Virus record (IMG/VR): IMGVR_UViG_3300017753_000047
Coordinates: 1-32,485 of that record
Origin: a virus
Lineage: Duplodnaviria; Caudoviricetes
DNA: 32,485 nt
Strand: one strand, 5' to 3'
Shown here: in pieces, positions 1 through 7,809 of the stretch
Layout of the letters: every line of letters begins with the position of its first letter
Numbering within the stretch: the first letter of the stretch is position 1
The notes under the pieces: generated by a model
Seen by the model: only the letters and a program-made list of their open reading frames with translations
The model's database searches: none
Told to the model about the DNA's origin: nothing
Made by a program: the position numbers and the translations under genes

Positions 1-125
1 AAAAGTTGCTCTTTAGCTGCAATTTGGCGAGACATCTGCATAGCTGTGCCGACTGATGCGAAGAAACCGGTAACCGCTTTAAGCGGGTTCGGCAGACTTA
101 AGTTTTTTAGTGCGAGAGTGGTCAT
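1..125 (-). CDS. Small hypothetical protein, truncated by window edge (MTTLALKNLSLPNPLKAVTGFFASVGTAMQMSRQIAAKEQL...)
   Basis: Not in the ORF track. Minus strand reads GAGGA-ATTAACAA-ATG (strong Shine-Dalgarno, ATG at 125) and the frame stays open to base 1. Overlaps the last 47 nt of hsp20. Confidence 0.7.
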   Translation of the reverse strand, partial: MTTLALKNLSLPNPLKAVTGFFASVGTAMQMSRQIAAKEQL

Positions 126-552
126 TTGTTAATTCCTCGTGTTTCGTGATTGAAATTTTACGAGGCCGCTTTTCTTCCGGAAGGACAACTTCAAGTCCGA
201 CAGTTAAGATTCCATCCGTTAGATCAGCTCCAGTGACTTCTGTATATTCAGACAGTCTAAATGACTTATTCCAGTTTCGAGCACTAATACCTTTATGAAC
301 ATATTTGCTTTGTTCTCTACGTGCAGGTCTATCACCCTTAATAGTAAGGATATGGTCCTTCACTTCTATATCAATATGTTCTTTTGTGAATCCGGCCACA
401 GCCATTTCAAGAGTATATTTCATCTCTCCTTCTTTGACTACATTATGTGGTGGATAGGTATCCTTCGCATGTAGATGGATGTTATCCAACTGATCGAAGA
501 TGTGGTCGAAACCAAGAAATGCGTTTCGCGGAAATGCGAATGTTCCAGTCAT
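79..552 (-). CDS. hsp20: Small heat-shock protein (Hsp20/IbpA-like, alpha-crystallin domain)
   Basis: Motifs YPPHNV, LEMAVAGF, HKGISARNWNKSFRL, GADLTDGILTV, PEEKRPRKISI. SD AGGAGG. Follows regA as in marine T4-like phages. Confidence 0.95.
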   Translation of the reverse strand: MTGTFAFPRNAFLGFDHIFDQLDNIHLHAKDTYPPHNVVKEGEMKYTLEMAVAGFTKEHIDIEVKDHILTIKGDRPARREQSKYVHKGISARNWNKSFRLSEYTEVTGADLTDGILTVGLEVVLPEEKRPRKISITKHEELTNDHSRTKKLKSAEPA

Positions 553-604
553 ATTTTCCTCCTATTGACTAGCAAGGTTTAATGAGACCCGTAAACGGCG
601 TCTC
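553..604 (-). promoter_or_regulatory. ROSE-like RNA thermometer in the hsp20 5' UTR
   Basis: Minus strand: hairpin GAGACGCCG-TTTA-CGGGTCTC, then CCTTGCTA-GTCAA-TAGGAGG, where the U(U/C)GCU motif pairs with the SD leaving a bulged G. Confidence 0.7.
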
Positions 605-624
605 TATACTATATATAATATTTT

Positions 625-1035
625 CTACTTATTTCCAATATTATATTTTGGACACAACTCCCATTGTGTCTTTTCCTTAAAAGGAATTATTTTAATCTGT
701 CTCATTGGTGCTAGCGGCTCTACCTTAGCATTATCTTCGATTGAGATAAGACCCCAATCAGACATAAGTTGAGCTATTGTGTTTCGCCTAGCAATATCAT
801 TTTCTTCTAAGTTTGATTTTTTACCATCAAGTAAAAAGAGCTCTTTGAAATGTACAATAAAATATCTACCTTGCTTATGCAATATATGGCAAGATTGAAA
901 GAGCTTACGATCTTTACGAGATGCTACACCAATACGTGTTAATGTTTCACGAACCTTCAAAAAATCATCTGGTTCATTAAGAGTTACCTCTAACATAGAG
1001 GTTGGGGTCCATTCAACTAAGTTATTTTCGTCCAC
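625..1035 (-). CDS. regA: Translational repressor RegA
   Basis: Motifs PDDFLKVRETLTRIG, LFQSCHILHKQGRYFIVHFKELF, RRNTIAQL, W.LCPKYNIG. Synteny after gp62. Confidence 0.97.
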   Translation of the reverse strand: MDENNLVEWTPTSMLEVTLNEPDDFLKVRETLTRIGVASRKDRKLFQSCHILHKQGRYFIVHFKELFLLDGKKSNLEENDIARRNTIAQLMSDWGLISIEDNAKVEPLAPMRQIKIIPFKEKTQWELCPKYNIGNK

Positions 1036-1399
1036 CTTTTGTCACCTTCTTTTCGAGTGCATTTATCTGTTCAGGTGTGAGAAGGGACAAGGCTTGGCGT
1101 GCTTTTTCATTGCTGTAACCATAATATTCCTTGACTACTTCCACATCACTTGCGGTCTGTGGCTTGAGCCATTTAGAGAACCGCTTTTTCTTTCTAACTA
1201 TATTTATATAAAAGTCGAATTGTAAGCGGTGATCAAGGTGGGCATGCTGATTCATTTCATTTGCCATGAGTACAGTATCTTGAAAGTATGATAGACCACG
1301 GTTAACCATAAACGGGTTGTAACCTTTCTCTGCAATGTCATCTACCATAATGTCATTCTTAGTATCATTAATAGCAGTAAGATATTCAAATGGATTCAT
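1022..1399 (-). CDS. 62: Clamp loader small subunit (gp62)
   Basis: Motifs YNPFMVNRGLSYF.DTVLMANEMN, QFDFYIN, VKEYYGYSNEKA. Position between gp44 and regA. Confidence 0.93.
   Translation of the reverse strand: MNPFEYLTAINDTKNDIMVDDIAEKGYNPFMVNRGLSYFQDTVLMANEMNQHAHLDHRLQFDFYINIVRKKKRFSKWLKPQTASDVEVVKEYYGYSNEKARQALSLLTPEQINALEKKVTKGGRK
1201..1208 (-). promoter_or_regulatory. Possible T4-type late promoter TATAAATA inside gp62, upstream of regA
   Basis: Exact TATAAATA on the minus strand about 165 nt upstream of regA. It lies in coding sequence (FYINI), so it may be chance. Confidence 0.35.
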
Positions 1400-1599
1400 T
1401 AGTAACCACCACGTTGTAGGAATCTTAGACCAGCATAAACACTTACACCAATGATAATTATACCGGCAGCGTCAAGAAAAAAGCTTGCACCAGCAGCACA
1501 CATCATAGCTAGAATAAAACTAGTCATATCTGATCTTCTTTGTGTAGGTGATTGATCTACACCTTCATCACTAAATAATAATTTACTTATGTTCCCCAT
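1399..1599 (-). CDS. Small hypothetical membrane protein (66 aa)
   Basis: Hydrophobic stretch FILAMMCAAGASFFLDAAGIIIIGVSVYAGLRFL. TAATG stop/start coupling to gp62. Confidence 0.7.
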   Translation of the reverse strand: MGNISKLLFSDEGVDQSPTQRRSDMTSFILAMMCAAGASFFLDAAGIIIIGVSVYAGLRFLQRGGY

Positions 1600-1877
1600 A
1601 GTTCTACACCTCCACCATAACTATCTAAGTCTAATTGTTCTTCTAACATTTCACGTGTAAAGTCAAGTGTTTGAACTTTATTTAGATGTGTTTTATTCCA
1701 GTATAATTGTGGTACTGTTTTGTGGTTATTCAATCGAAGAAACGCCAGTGCTTGTACGTTTTCTTTGATGTTTACCACATCATACTGATAACCCCAACCC
1801 GAAAGTTTCATTTTCATAACATCACAATATTCACAATTATGCTGTGTGTAAAGTGTTAATTTAGGTGAACTGGACAT
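1587..1877 (-). CDS. Glutaredoxin / NrdH-like redoxin
   Basis: CEYC redox motif after LTLYTQ, and TVPQ cis-Pro motif. Start re-called to ATG 1877 (MSSSPK), which has GGAGGT 8 nt upstream and overlaps the gp44 stop. The track start at 1958 lies deeper inside gp44. Confidence 0.88.
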   Translation of the reverse strand: MSSSPKLTLYTQHNCEYCDVMKMKLSGWGYQYDVVNIKENVQALAFLRLNNHKTVPQLYWNKTHLNKVQTLDFTREMLEEQLDLDSYGGGVELWGT

Positions 1878-2802
1878 TAGCCATAACCTCCGTAAGACAT
1901 GCAACAACATTAAGTTCGTGGTCTGCAACAAAAGCATTCTTGTATTGGTAGTCAGCAAGAATAAGAACTATTTGAGGAATCGATTGCGGTGATACTTTAT
2001 CATTCATTCGATCGTATATAGCTCGAAAGATTGCAGATGCATCTGTATCTATATTATTGACAACCCAGGCACGCATTTTCTTGAAGTCTTTATTTTTCAA
2101 ATGAGTAAAAAGATCATCGAAGTTTTTATCGTTGAGGTTAACCAATATAGACGAATCAATACGTACACCACCGGATGAATGCCTTTGCAATTCACCAAGT
2201 ACTCTGCGCCAATCAGGTGCAAATTTCATAATCAGTTCGGCGAGAACTTTACTATCAAAAGATACTTCTTCTTTGTATAGGATATTCGCTGCGCGGTCCA
2301 TGAACTCACCGCACAGTTGTACCATATCTTTTTTGGAAGTATTGAATTCATACACACCACATCTTGAGTGGAGTGGTTCAATGATTCGATTCTTAAAATT
2401 ACATGTAAGAATAAATCGACAATTGTTTGAGAACTCTTCGATAAAACCACGGAGAGCTGGCTGAAACGATTGTGGATTGAGATAATCTGCCTCATCAAGT
2501 ATGACAACCTTGTAGCCACCTTGTAATGAAACAGTAGAAGCGAACTGCTTGATTTTAGTTCGCAGTGTATCAATATTGCCTTCTTCGGAACCGTTAATGA
2601 CAATGTAGTCGAGGTCTAGTGATTTACACAGAGCTCGAGCTACAGTTGTCTTACCGAGTCCGGCGGTACCGGTGAAAAGCATGTTTTGCAACTCACCGGT
2701 GTCCACCATCTTCTGGAAGGTATTCTTAAGTGACACTGGTAAGATAGTGTCAGCAATAGTTTGCGGGCGATATTTTTCAACCCATAGAAATTCAACAGAC
2801 AT
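1861..2802 (-). CDS. 44: Clamp loader AAA+ ATPase subunit (gp44)
   Basis: WVEKYRP, Walker A GTAGLGKTT, Walker B ILDEAD, SRC motif (LHSRC). Confidence 0.97.
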   Translation of the reverse strand: MSVEFLWVEKYRPQTIADTILPVSLKNTFQKMVDTGELQNMLFTGTAGLGKTTVARALCKSLDLDYIVINGSEEGNIDTLRTKIKQFASTVSLQGGYKVVILDEADYLNPQSFQPALRGFIEEFSNNCRFILTCNFKNRIIEPLHSRCGVYEFNTSKKDMVQLCGEFMDRAANILYKEEVSFDSKVLAELIMKFAPDWRRVLGELQRHSSGGVRIDSSILVNLNDKNFDDLFTHLKNKDFKKMRAWVVNNIDTDASAIFRAIYDRMNDKVSPQSIPQIVLILADYQYKNAFVADHELNVVACLTEVMANVQFT

Positions 2803-2827
2803 TTACAAATCCTCATAACAAAAAATA

Positions 2828-2856
2828 ATTATACCACATATTCACGGACTTGTAAA
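2828..2856 (-). promoter_or_regulatory. Early/sigma70-type promoter for gp44
   Basis: TTTACA-N17-TATAAT with TGTGG immediately before the -10. Confidence 0.75.
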
Positions 2857-2859
2857 GGC

Positions 2860-3075
2860 TTATTCATCATCCTCCATTGCTTTTTCTTGTTGGATAGTTT
2901 CAACCAACTGAATGACTTGTACAGCGTCATCCCTTAGCTTACCAATGGTTGATAGTTCTTCGCCTTTAAACGCGCCACGTTGAGTCATGGCATCTACGAT
3001 GGCAACCGAAGAACGAGACACCTGATTAGCAAGTGTCATAAGGTGGTCCATCTTATCTGGTTCATTATCTGACAT
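2860..3075 (-). CDS. Hypothetical protein (71 aa)
   Basis: SD GGAG. Helical, with an RGAFKGEEL motif I recall from small marine-phage proteins. Function unknown. Confidence 0.8.
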   Translation of the reverse strand: MSDNEPDKMDHLMTLANQVSRSSVAIVDAMTQRGAFKGEELSTIGKLRDDAVQVIQLVETIQQEKAMEDDE

Positions 3076-3076
3076 A

Positions 3077-3754
3077 TTATACTCCGTACGTTGATGTCTT
3101 TTCTAGTGCAATCCAATATTGAACGTTCATTTCTTTATGAGCAAAACGTGTAATTAACTTTGAGGATATTTCCACATCGTAATCACCGGGTAGGATCTTA
3201 AGATTAGCAATACTCAAAATAAAATTAAACTTTGCTTCGTTATTATACTCACCATCTACATCGATCGAATACACATTAGATGTTGAGTTCTGGTTATCAA
3301 CCACAGAAAGACTTAGTACACCACCTTCACCAGTGATTGACACTTCACTATGACCAAGAGTGGATGCTGCTCTCTTAATCTTGTTCAGTGTATCGTTAGT
3401 CAGTGTAAACTTAACATCCGGTGTCGGCATGTTAATATCTTTTTGCGGAGCAGTCAATGTTTCTTCTGGTGAGAAGAAGTACTTGACTTTAGATCTACCA
3501 GTCGAATCACCAATAACTACATGCTCTTCAGCAAACTTAAGTCGTGGTTCATCAACTAGAGATAAGACACCAATGAATTCATTAAGATCATAGATGCCAA
3601 AGCTTTGTGGAAACTCTGCTTCGACTACAGCGGTAGCCAAAACATTACGAGCTTCAGAGATAGTCTTAATTGTGTTACCTTCTTTGATCAACATGTTTTG
3701 GTTGATGCCAGAGAAGTTTTTTAATACAGACAACGTGTTTTCATTCAATTCCAT
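3077..3754 (-). CDS. 45: Sliding clamp (gp45)
   Basis: TLSVLKNFSGIN, FGIYDLNEF, NLKILPGDY.V, YWIALE. Start re-called to ATG 3754 (MELNE) with an AAGGT SD. The track start is 3772. Confidence 0.96.
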   Translation of the reverse strand: MELNENTLSVLKNFSGINQNMLIKEGNTIKTISEARNVLATAVVEAEFPQSFGIYDLNEFIGVLSLVDEPRLKFAEEHVVIGDSTGRSKVKYFFSPEETLTAPQKDINMPTPDVKFTLTNDTLNKIKRAASTLGHSEVSITGEGGVLSLSVVDNQNSTSNVYSIDVDGEYNNEAKFNFILSIANLKILPGDYDVEISSKLITRFAHKEMNVQYWIALEKTSTYGV

Positions 3755-3782
3755 AATAACCTTCCATTCCAATTATCAGTAT

Positions 3783-3811
3783 ATTATACCACAGATAGCA
3801 CTGGTTGTACA
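3783..3811 (-). promoter_or_regulatory. Early/sigma70-type promoter for gp45
   Basis: GTGTACA-N17-TATAAT with TGTGG before the -10. Overlaps the gp46 3' end. Confidence 0.75.
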
Positions 3812-5526
3812 CTACTTTTTACCATCTTACTAAAGTTTTTATCTTTGACAAATTCAATCTTGTTATTGAACCTGCCGTCGAGTATTTCGCCTTTGTGAGA
3901 TATGACAAAAACATTTGTATCATCGCCAAGAGTATATAGAATCTTAATAAGATTTTCTACACCTTCGTGGTCAAGTGATGAATCAAACGTTTCATCGAGC
4001 AATAACAAATTAGTGGCAACCGAGTTCTTCATCTTAGCAATCTGTCTCCAAGTAAACAGAAGTGCCAAATCAATTCTTTGTTTTTCACCTTCACTAAATG
4101 AGTCATATGTAAACTCATCTCTATGTCTTGACCGAATCGTTTCTTGGAATGATTCGTCAAGGTTGAAATGCACGAAAAAATCGAGCACTTGTAGATACTG
4201 GTTAACGAGCTTATTTATCACAGGCAAATATTGCTTAATAATTTTTGTCTTGATGCCAGTGTCTTTCAACATTTCGTGGATAACATTATTATAACTAAAC
4301 TGGTCTGACAGTTTTAGTTTATGTTCCATCATATTATTCTTGTCTGTATTATACACAGACAAATCTTCTCTGGCTTTATCTAGATCTACAGAGACTTCTT
4401 TATCCAAAAACTTTTGGAATTCTGCGATATCTCGTTGGAGTTTCGAAATCTCTTGCGAGTTGGCAGTGAGTTGATGTACCCGATCTCGAAGCGTTGAAAG
4501 TATGCGAGTCTGCTCATCAATCTCCGATTCCACGCCCTGGCCTTCAACTCCGATTTGCTTGAGCGCTGCCTTCCCCCTATCCTGAGATTCCTTGGTTGTG
4601 CGTAAAATCTCATGTTTATGGCCGTCTGAAATGGCTTGGTCGCATACGGGACACGCCTCATTCTCTTCGAAAAAGGTGATCCGCTTACCGATGTCGCCGA
4701 GACGCGTTTGCCTATCTTGACTTCGGAGGAGTAGGTCCTGCTTCCTATCCTGTAGCAATCGCAACCTTTGTTCGGTTTCTGATACAGATTCATCGAGTCC
4801 GACGCTAAGCTCACTATTCTTAGCCTGTAGTTCATCGATGAGATTCTGCGATGCTTGAATCTTAAGTTCATATTGGTTCCTACTTTCATTTGTAAGAGCT
4901 GTAATATCTGTAATGTATTTTGTTTGTGTTTCGATTTTGTTTTTTATAATATCAATTTGGTAGTTAACGTCTTTTATATTTTCTTTGAGTTGTGCGTTTC
5001 TTTCTCGTAAAATAATATTCATCTTAGAGAAAACATTAATGTCCAGAAGATCCTCGATCACTTCTCTCCTGATACCAGCTGGCAGTTGCATGAATGGGAT
5101 AAATGAGGAGCTACCCAATACTACAACCTGATGAAAGCTTTTGTGGTTCAGTTTTAAGATATTCTGTTCAAGGATCTTCTGGTACTCTTTTGCATGTGAT
5201 GACTGGTTTATCATCACATCATTCTTCCAAATCTCAAATACGTTTGGCTTTATGCCTCTACATATCTTAAACTTGTTTCCACCAACATTAAACTCAACTT
5301 CAACTAAACAACCTTTATTGTTAATTGAGTTAATAAGTTGGTCTTTCTTAATATTACGGTGTGCTTTACCAAATAGACTAAATGATAACGCGTCAAGCAT
5401 TGTAGATTTGCCAGCGCCATTGTGACCAACTACAAGCGTTGTTTTATCGTTATCCAAATCTATTTCAGTAAATGTATTTCCGGATGATAGAAAGTTTTTA
5501 TAACGTATAGTCTTAAAATTAATCAT
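3784..5526 (-). CDS. 46: Recombination endonuclease ATPase subunit (gp46, Rad50/SbcC-like)
   Basis: Walker A GHNGAGKST, zinc hook CPVC in the coiled coil, signature FSEGEKQR, Walker B/D-loop LLLDETFDSSLD, H-loop ISH. Confidence 0.97.
   Translation of the reverse strand: MINFKTIRYKNFLSSGNTFTEIDLDNDKTTLVVGHNGAGKSTMLDALSFSLFGKAHRNIKKDQLINSINNKGCLVEVEFNVGGNKFKICRGIKPNVFEIWKNDVMINQSSHAKEYQKILEQNILKLNHKSFHQVVVLGSSSFIPFMQLPAGIRREVIEDLLDINVFSKMNIILRERNAQLKENIKDVNYQIDIIKNKIETQTKYITDITALTNESRNQYELKIQASQNLIDELQAKNSELSVGLDESVSETEQRLRLLQDRKQDLLLRSQDRQTRLGDIGKRITFFEENEACPVCDQAISDGHKHEILRTTKESQDRGKAALKQIGVEGQGVESEIDEQTRILSTLRDRVHQLTANSQEISKLQRDIAEFQKFLDKEVSVDLDKAREDLSVYNTDKNNMMEHKLKLSDQFSYNNVIHEMLKDTGIKTKIIKQYLPVINKLVNQYLQVLDFFVHFNLDESFQETIRSRHRDEFTYDSFSEGEKQRIDLALLFTWRQIAKMKNSVATNLLLLDETFDSSLDHEGVENLIKILYTLGDDTNVFVISHKGEILDGRFNNKIEFVKDKNFSKMVKSSVQPVLSVV
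4386..4871 (-). CDS. Candidate overprinted gene in the +1 frame of gp46 (161 aa, Arg/Ser/Lys-rich)
   Basis: Stop-free +1 frame. AGGA 6 nt upstream of ATG 4871. GC about 52-58% in two sampled 60-nt lines inside versus about 22-30% in two flanking lines. Confidence 0.45.
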   Translation of the reverse strand: MNLRFKHRRISSMNYRLRIVSLASDSMNLYQKPNKGCDCYRIGSRTYSSEVKIGKRVSATSVSGSPFSKRMRRVPYATKPFQTAINMRFYAQPRNLRIGGRQRSSKSELKARAWNRRLMSRLAYFQRFEIGYINSLPTRKRFRNSNEISQNSKSFWIKKSL

Positions 5527-6587
5527 GCAATCTCTAAAGCCTGTGCTTCTGTCATAAGTTCACGCATCTGGATCTTGATTCGATCTTTATCTAAGTCAGT
5601 ATCCACAGCATCTATATATGTATCAACAATTTCTTGTGTATCATCAAAGTTTATGTTATCATCTATTCCAACATTTTCGCCAACAAACTCGTTGAAGTTC
5701 TCAGCAATCTTGAGTTCATGTATATCCTGATTCTGTATACGATCTATAAACCTATCGAATATAAAAGAATCTGTCTTGTTCACTACTACGACCTTGACAA
5801 ACTTACCATCAAGGTTTGTTACGTTATAGTTATTATAATCCATTTCGTTGTCATTGTAAAGGATTTTATGAAATAAAGTGTAAGGATTAAGCACTTTTTC
5901 TATTTCACGGCTTTCAGTATCGATAACATGAAAATATTTTGGATCGTGAGCATCCGACCAGAAGAATTCCATTTGGCTGCCAAGATACCAGATATTATCT
6001 CTACGAGAAGCAACATGGTAGTGGCCTGTCAAAACCATTTCAAAACGAGAAAAAGTCTTGTGATCCATGCCATGTGTATTCTTAATGCCTCTCATTACTT
6101 CAAACCCATTAAGTTCCAAGTGACTACCGAGCCAGTCTGCTTCACAGGTAGAAATAAACTTCATAGACTCTTCGTAGTTCTCGTTATTAATCCAAGGCAG
6201 CATTGCTATCTTTAACGAGCCGTATTCCAATACGGTAGGTTCCATGACAATGTGTATCTCATTCATATAATGACCAAGACATTCTTTTAGAGAATTCAAA
6301 TCATTTGTATTCTTGAAATACGTATCATGATTCCCGGGTATAATATCCATCTTCATACCATACTTGCGTAGAGGATCTAGAAAATGTTTACGATTATGAT
6401 TTAGCGCTTTGAAGTTTACAAATTTCCTGTGGTCATAATAGTCGCCCAGGTGTATGATTTGTTCGATTCCGTTTTCTCGACAGTAAGGAAAAAAGATTTC
6501 TGAGTAAAAATCTGCTGCATTTTTGAGAAATATTTCGGAAGAGTTACGTATACCGCAATGTGTGTCATTTAATACTGCTACTTTCAA
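5523..6587 (-). CDS. 47: Recombination endonuclease nuclease subunit (gp47, Mre11/SbcD-like)
   Basis: Metallophosphoesterase motifs DTH, GDYYD, GNHD, GHYH, YLGS. Confidence 0.97.
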   Translation of the reverse strand: MKVAVLNDTHCGIRNSSEIFLKNAADFYSEIFFPYCRENGIEQIIHLGDYYDHRKFVNFKALNHNRKHFLDPLRKYGMKMDIIPGNHDTYFKNTNDLNSLKECLGHYMNEIHIVMEPTVLEYGSLKIAMLPWINNENYEESMKFISTCEADWLGSHLELNGFEVMRGIKNTHGMDHKTFSRFEMVLTGHYHVASRRDNIWYLGSQMEFFWSDAHDPKYFHVIDTESREIEKVLNPYTLFHKILYNDNEMDYNNYNVTNLDGKFVKVVVVNKTDSFIFDRFIDRIQNQDIHELKIAENFNEFVGENVGIDDNINFDDTQEIVDTYIDAVDTDLDKDRIKIQMRELMTEAQALEIA

Positions 6588-7177
6588 ACTAAGAACTCCG
6601 ATAAATTCGAATCAGCTAGGCCGGCTTTTCTTTTCTTTTTTTCTTGCATAACTAAATCTTTAACTTCTGCATCATGGTGTCTTACCTTTTCGATACGTGA
6701 TCTGAGTGTATCTACAAAGGCATCCATAACCTGTGCTGACATTTCATCACCATGCTCGTTTGAAATAAAGTTTTCTATTCCAGACTTGGTGAGATATTTT
6801 AGTTTAATGTCTTGCTGTTTCTTTTCTTTCGCAATCCTTCGAAGGAAAGCGTACCAAACTATCTGTGTAAAATACGCAAATGCATTTGGCTTACCTGTTC
6901 TTGTAGCTGCTTCAATATTGTAATTTTCAATTGCCTTCAAACAATTCTCGACTCCGTCCATCACCATTTCTTCGCGATATGTGTAGCGAATAAAATTAGC
7001 TTTGTGAGACAAACCTTCAGCGATTCGTAAGAAGCACTGAGCAATATAATCTGGTACGACCGGTAAGACGTTCATGTTTTCTTTGGCTTCTCTTACAGTC
7101 ATAACATAATCCACGACTGCTTGAGAAAACTCTGCATTATTTACATAGTGAATGCTAGCCCGTTTTTGTCTGGCCAT
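6584..7177 (-). CDS. 55: Late-transcription sigma factor (gp55)
   Basis: HYVNN.EF, IAEGLSHKANF..YTYREEMVMDG.ENC, NAFAYFTQI...AFLRRI.KEKKQ. Start likely ATG 7177 with AAGGA SD. The track start is 7192. Confidence 0.96.
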   Translation of the reverse strand: MARQKRASIHYVNNAEFSQAVVDYVMTVREAKENMNVLPVVPDYIAQCFLRIAEGLSHKANFIRYTYREEMVMDGVENCLKAIENYNIEAATRTGKPNAFAYFTQIVWYAFLRRIAKEKKQQDIKLKYLTKSGIENFISNEHGDEMSAQVMDAFVDTLRSRIEKVRHHDAEVKDLVMQEKKKRKAGLADSNLSEFLV

Positions 7178-7203
7178 TTTACATCCTTTCATTTTATAGT
7201 AGT

Positions 7204-7232
7204 ATTATATCATATTTTCACTAGAATGTACA
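7204..7232 (-). promoter_or_regulatory. Early/sigma70-type promoter for gp55
   Basis: TGTACA-N17-TATAAT with an extended -10 (TGA). Confidence 0.7.
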
Positions 7233-7266
7233 TATCTAATATTTGCATTGAAATTAAAATTTAATG

Positions 7267-7296
7267 GTGTACAACATGCACTTTTTATGGTATAAT
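7267..7296 (+). promoter_or_regulatory. Divergent (antisense-oriented) promoter of the same consensus
   Basis: GTGTACA-N17-TATAAT with TGG before the -10, on the plus strand. No credible plus-strand gene downstream. GGGGGGCGG follows at 7311-7319. Confidence 0.6.
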
Positions 7297-7323
7297 ATAT
7301 TATCTATTAAGGGGGGCGGATAT

Positions 7324-7809
7324 CTAGTGCATGGTGCCTTTATCGTTTTTAGGTCTAAACTGTATAATTTTAGGATCACTTGAATCTACGACGTCGTCAT
7401 TAGCAGCCCCAAACTTTTTCTCTAAAAACTCATCCATTTCTTGTTCTGTCATGTCTTTAATTATATCAGCAATCTCATTCATATCCATGCCAGCTCGTTT
7501 CAACTTATTATATTTGTCTACCTCATCCAAGGATTTAACATAATGCATCATAACTGTTTTAGAAGGAGTAGCCTCACCAACAACATGTACAGAATTTAAT
7601 GAACTTAATTCGTCAACATCATCTTGAAACGAAAGCCAAGGTTTAAATGTGTAGTACCTGACGTTTTGTTCGAAGTCATCTACTACAATAATTTTCATGA
7701 CTTTACGCACAATTATATCCGGCGTATCGTCGTCACCGTGATCAACAACTTCGGCAATGATTTCATCGCGATTGGTTAGCTTGAATTGTCTAAATTCTCC
7801 GGCCATCAC
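7324..7809 (-). CDS. Conserved hypothetical protein between uvsW and gp55 (possibly Sm-like beta fold)
   Basis: N-terminal FKL.N.DEIIAEV and FKPW resemble the small gene at this position in marine T4-like phages. Acidic C-terminus. Confidence 0.8.
   Translation of the reverse strand: MMAGEFRQFKLTNRDEIIAEVVDHGDDDTPDIIVRKVMKIIVVDDFEQNVRYYTFKPWLSFQDDVDELSSLNSVHVVGEATPSKTVMMHYVKSLDEVDKYNKLKRAGMDMNEIADIIKDMTEQEMDEFLEKKFGAANDDVVDSSDPKIIQFRPKNDKGTMH

Noticed and set aside
2232-2603. 123-aa +1-frame ORF inside gp44
   Set aside because: TTG start, no evident SD and no clear compositional shift. It overlaps a highly constrained ATPase core, and T-ending codon preference keeps +1 frames open by chance.
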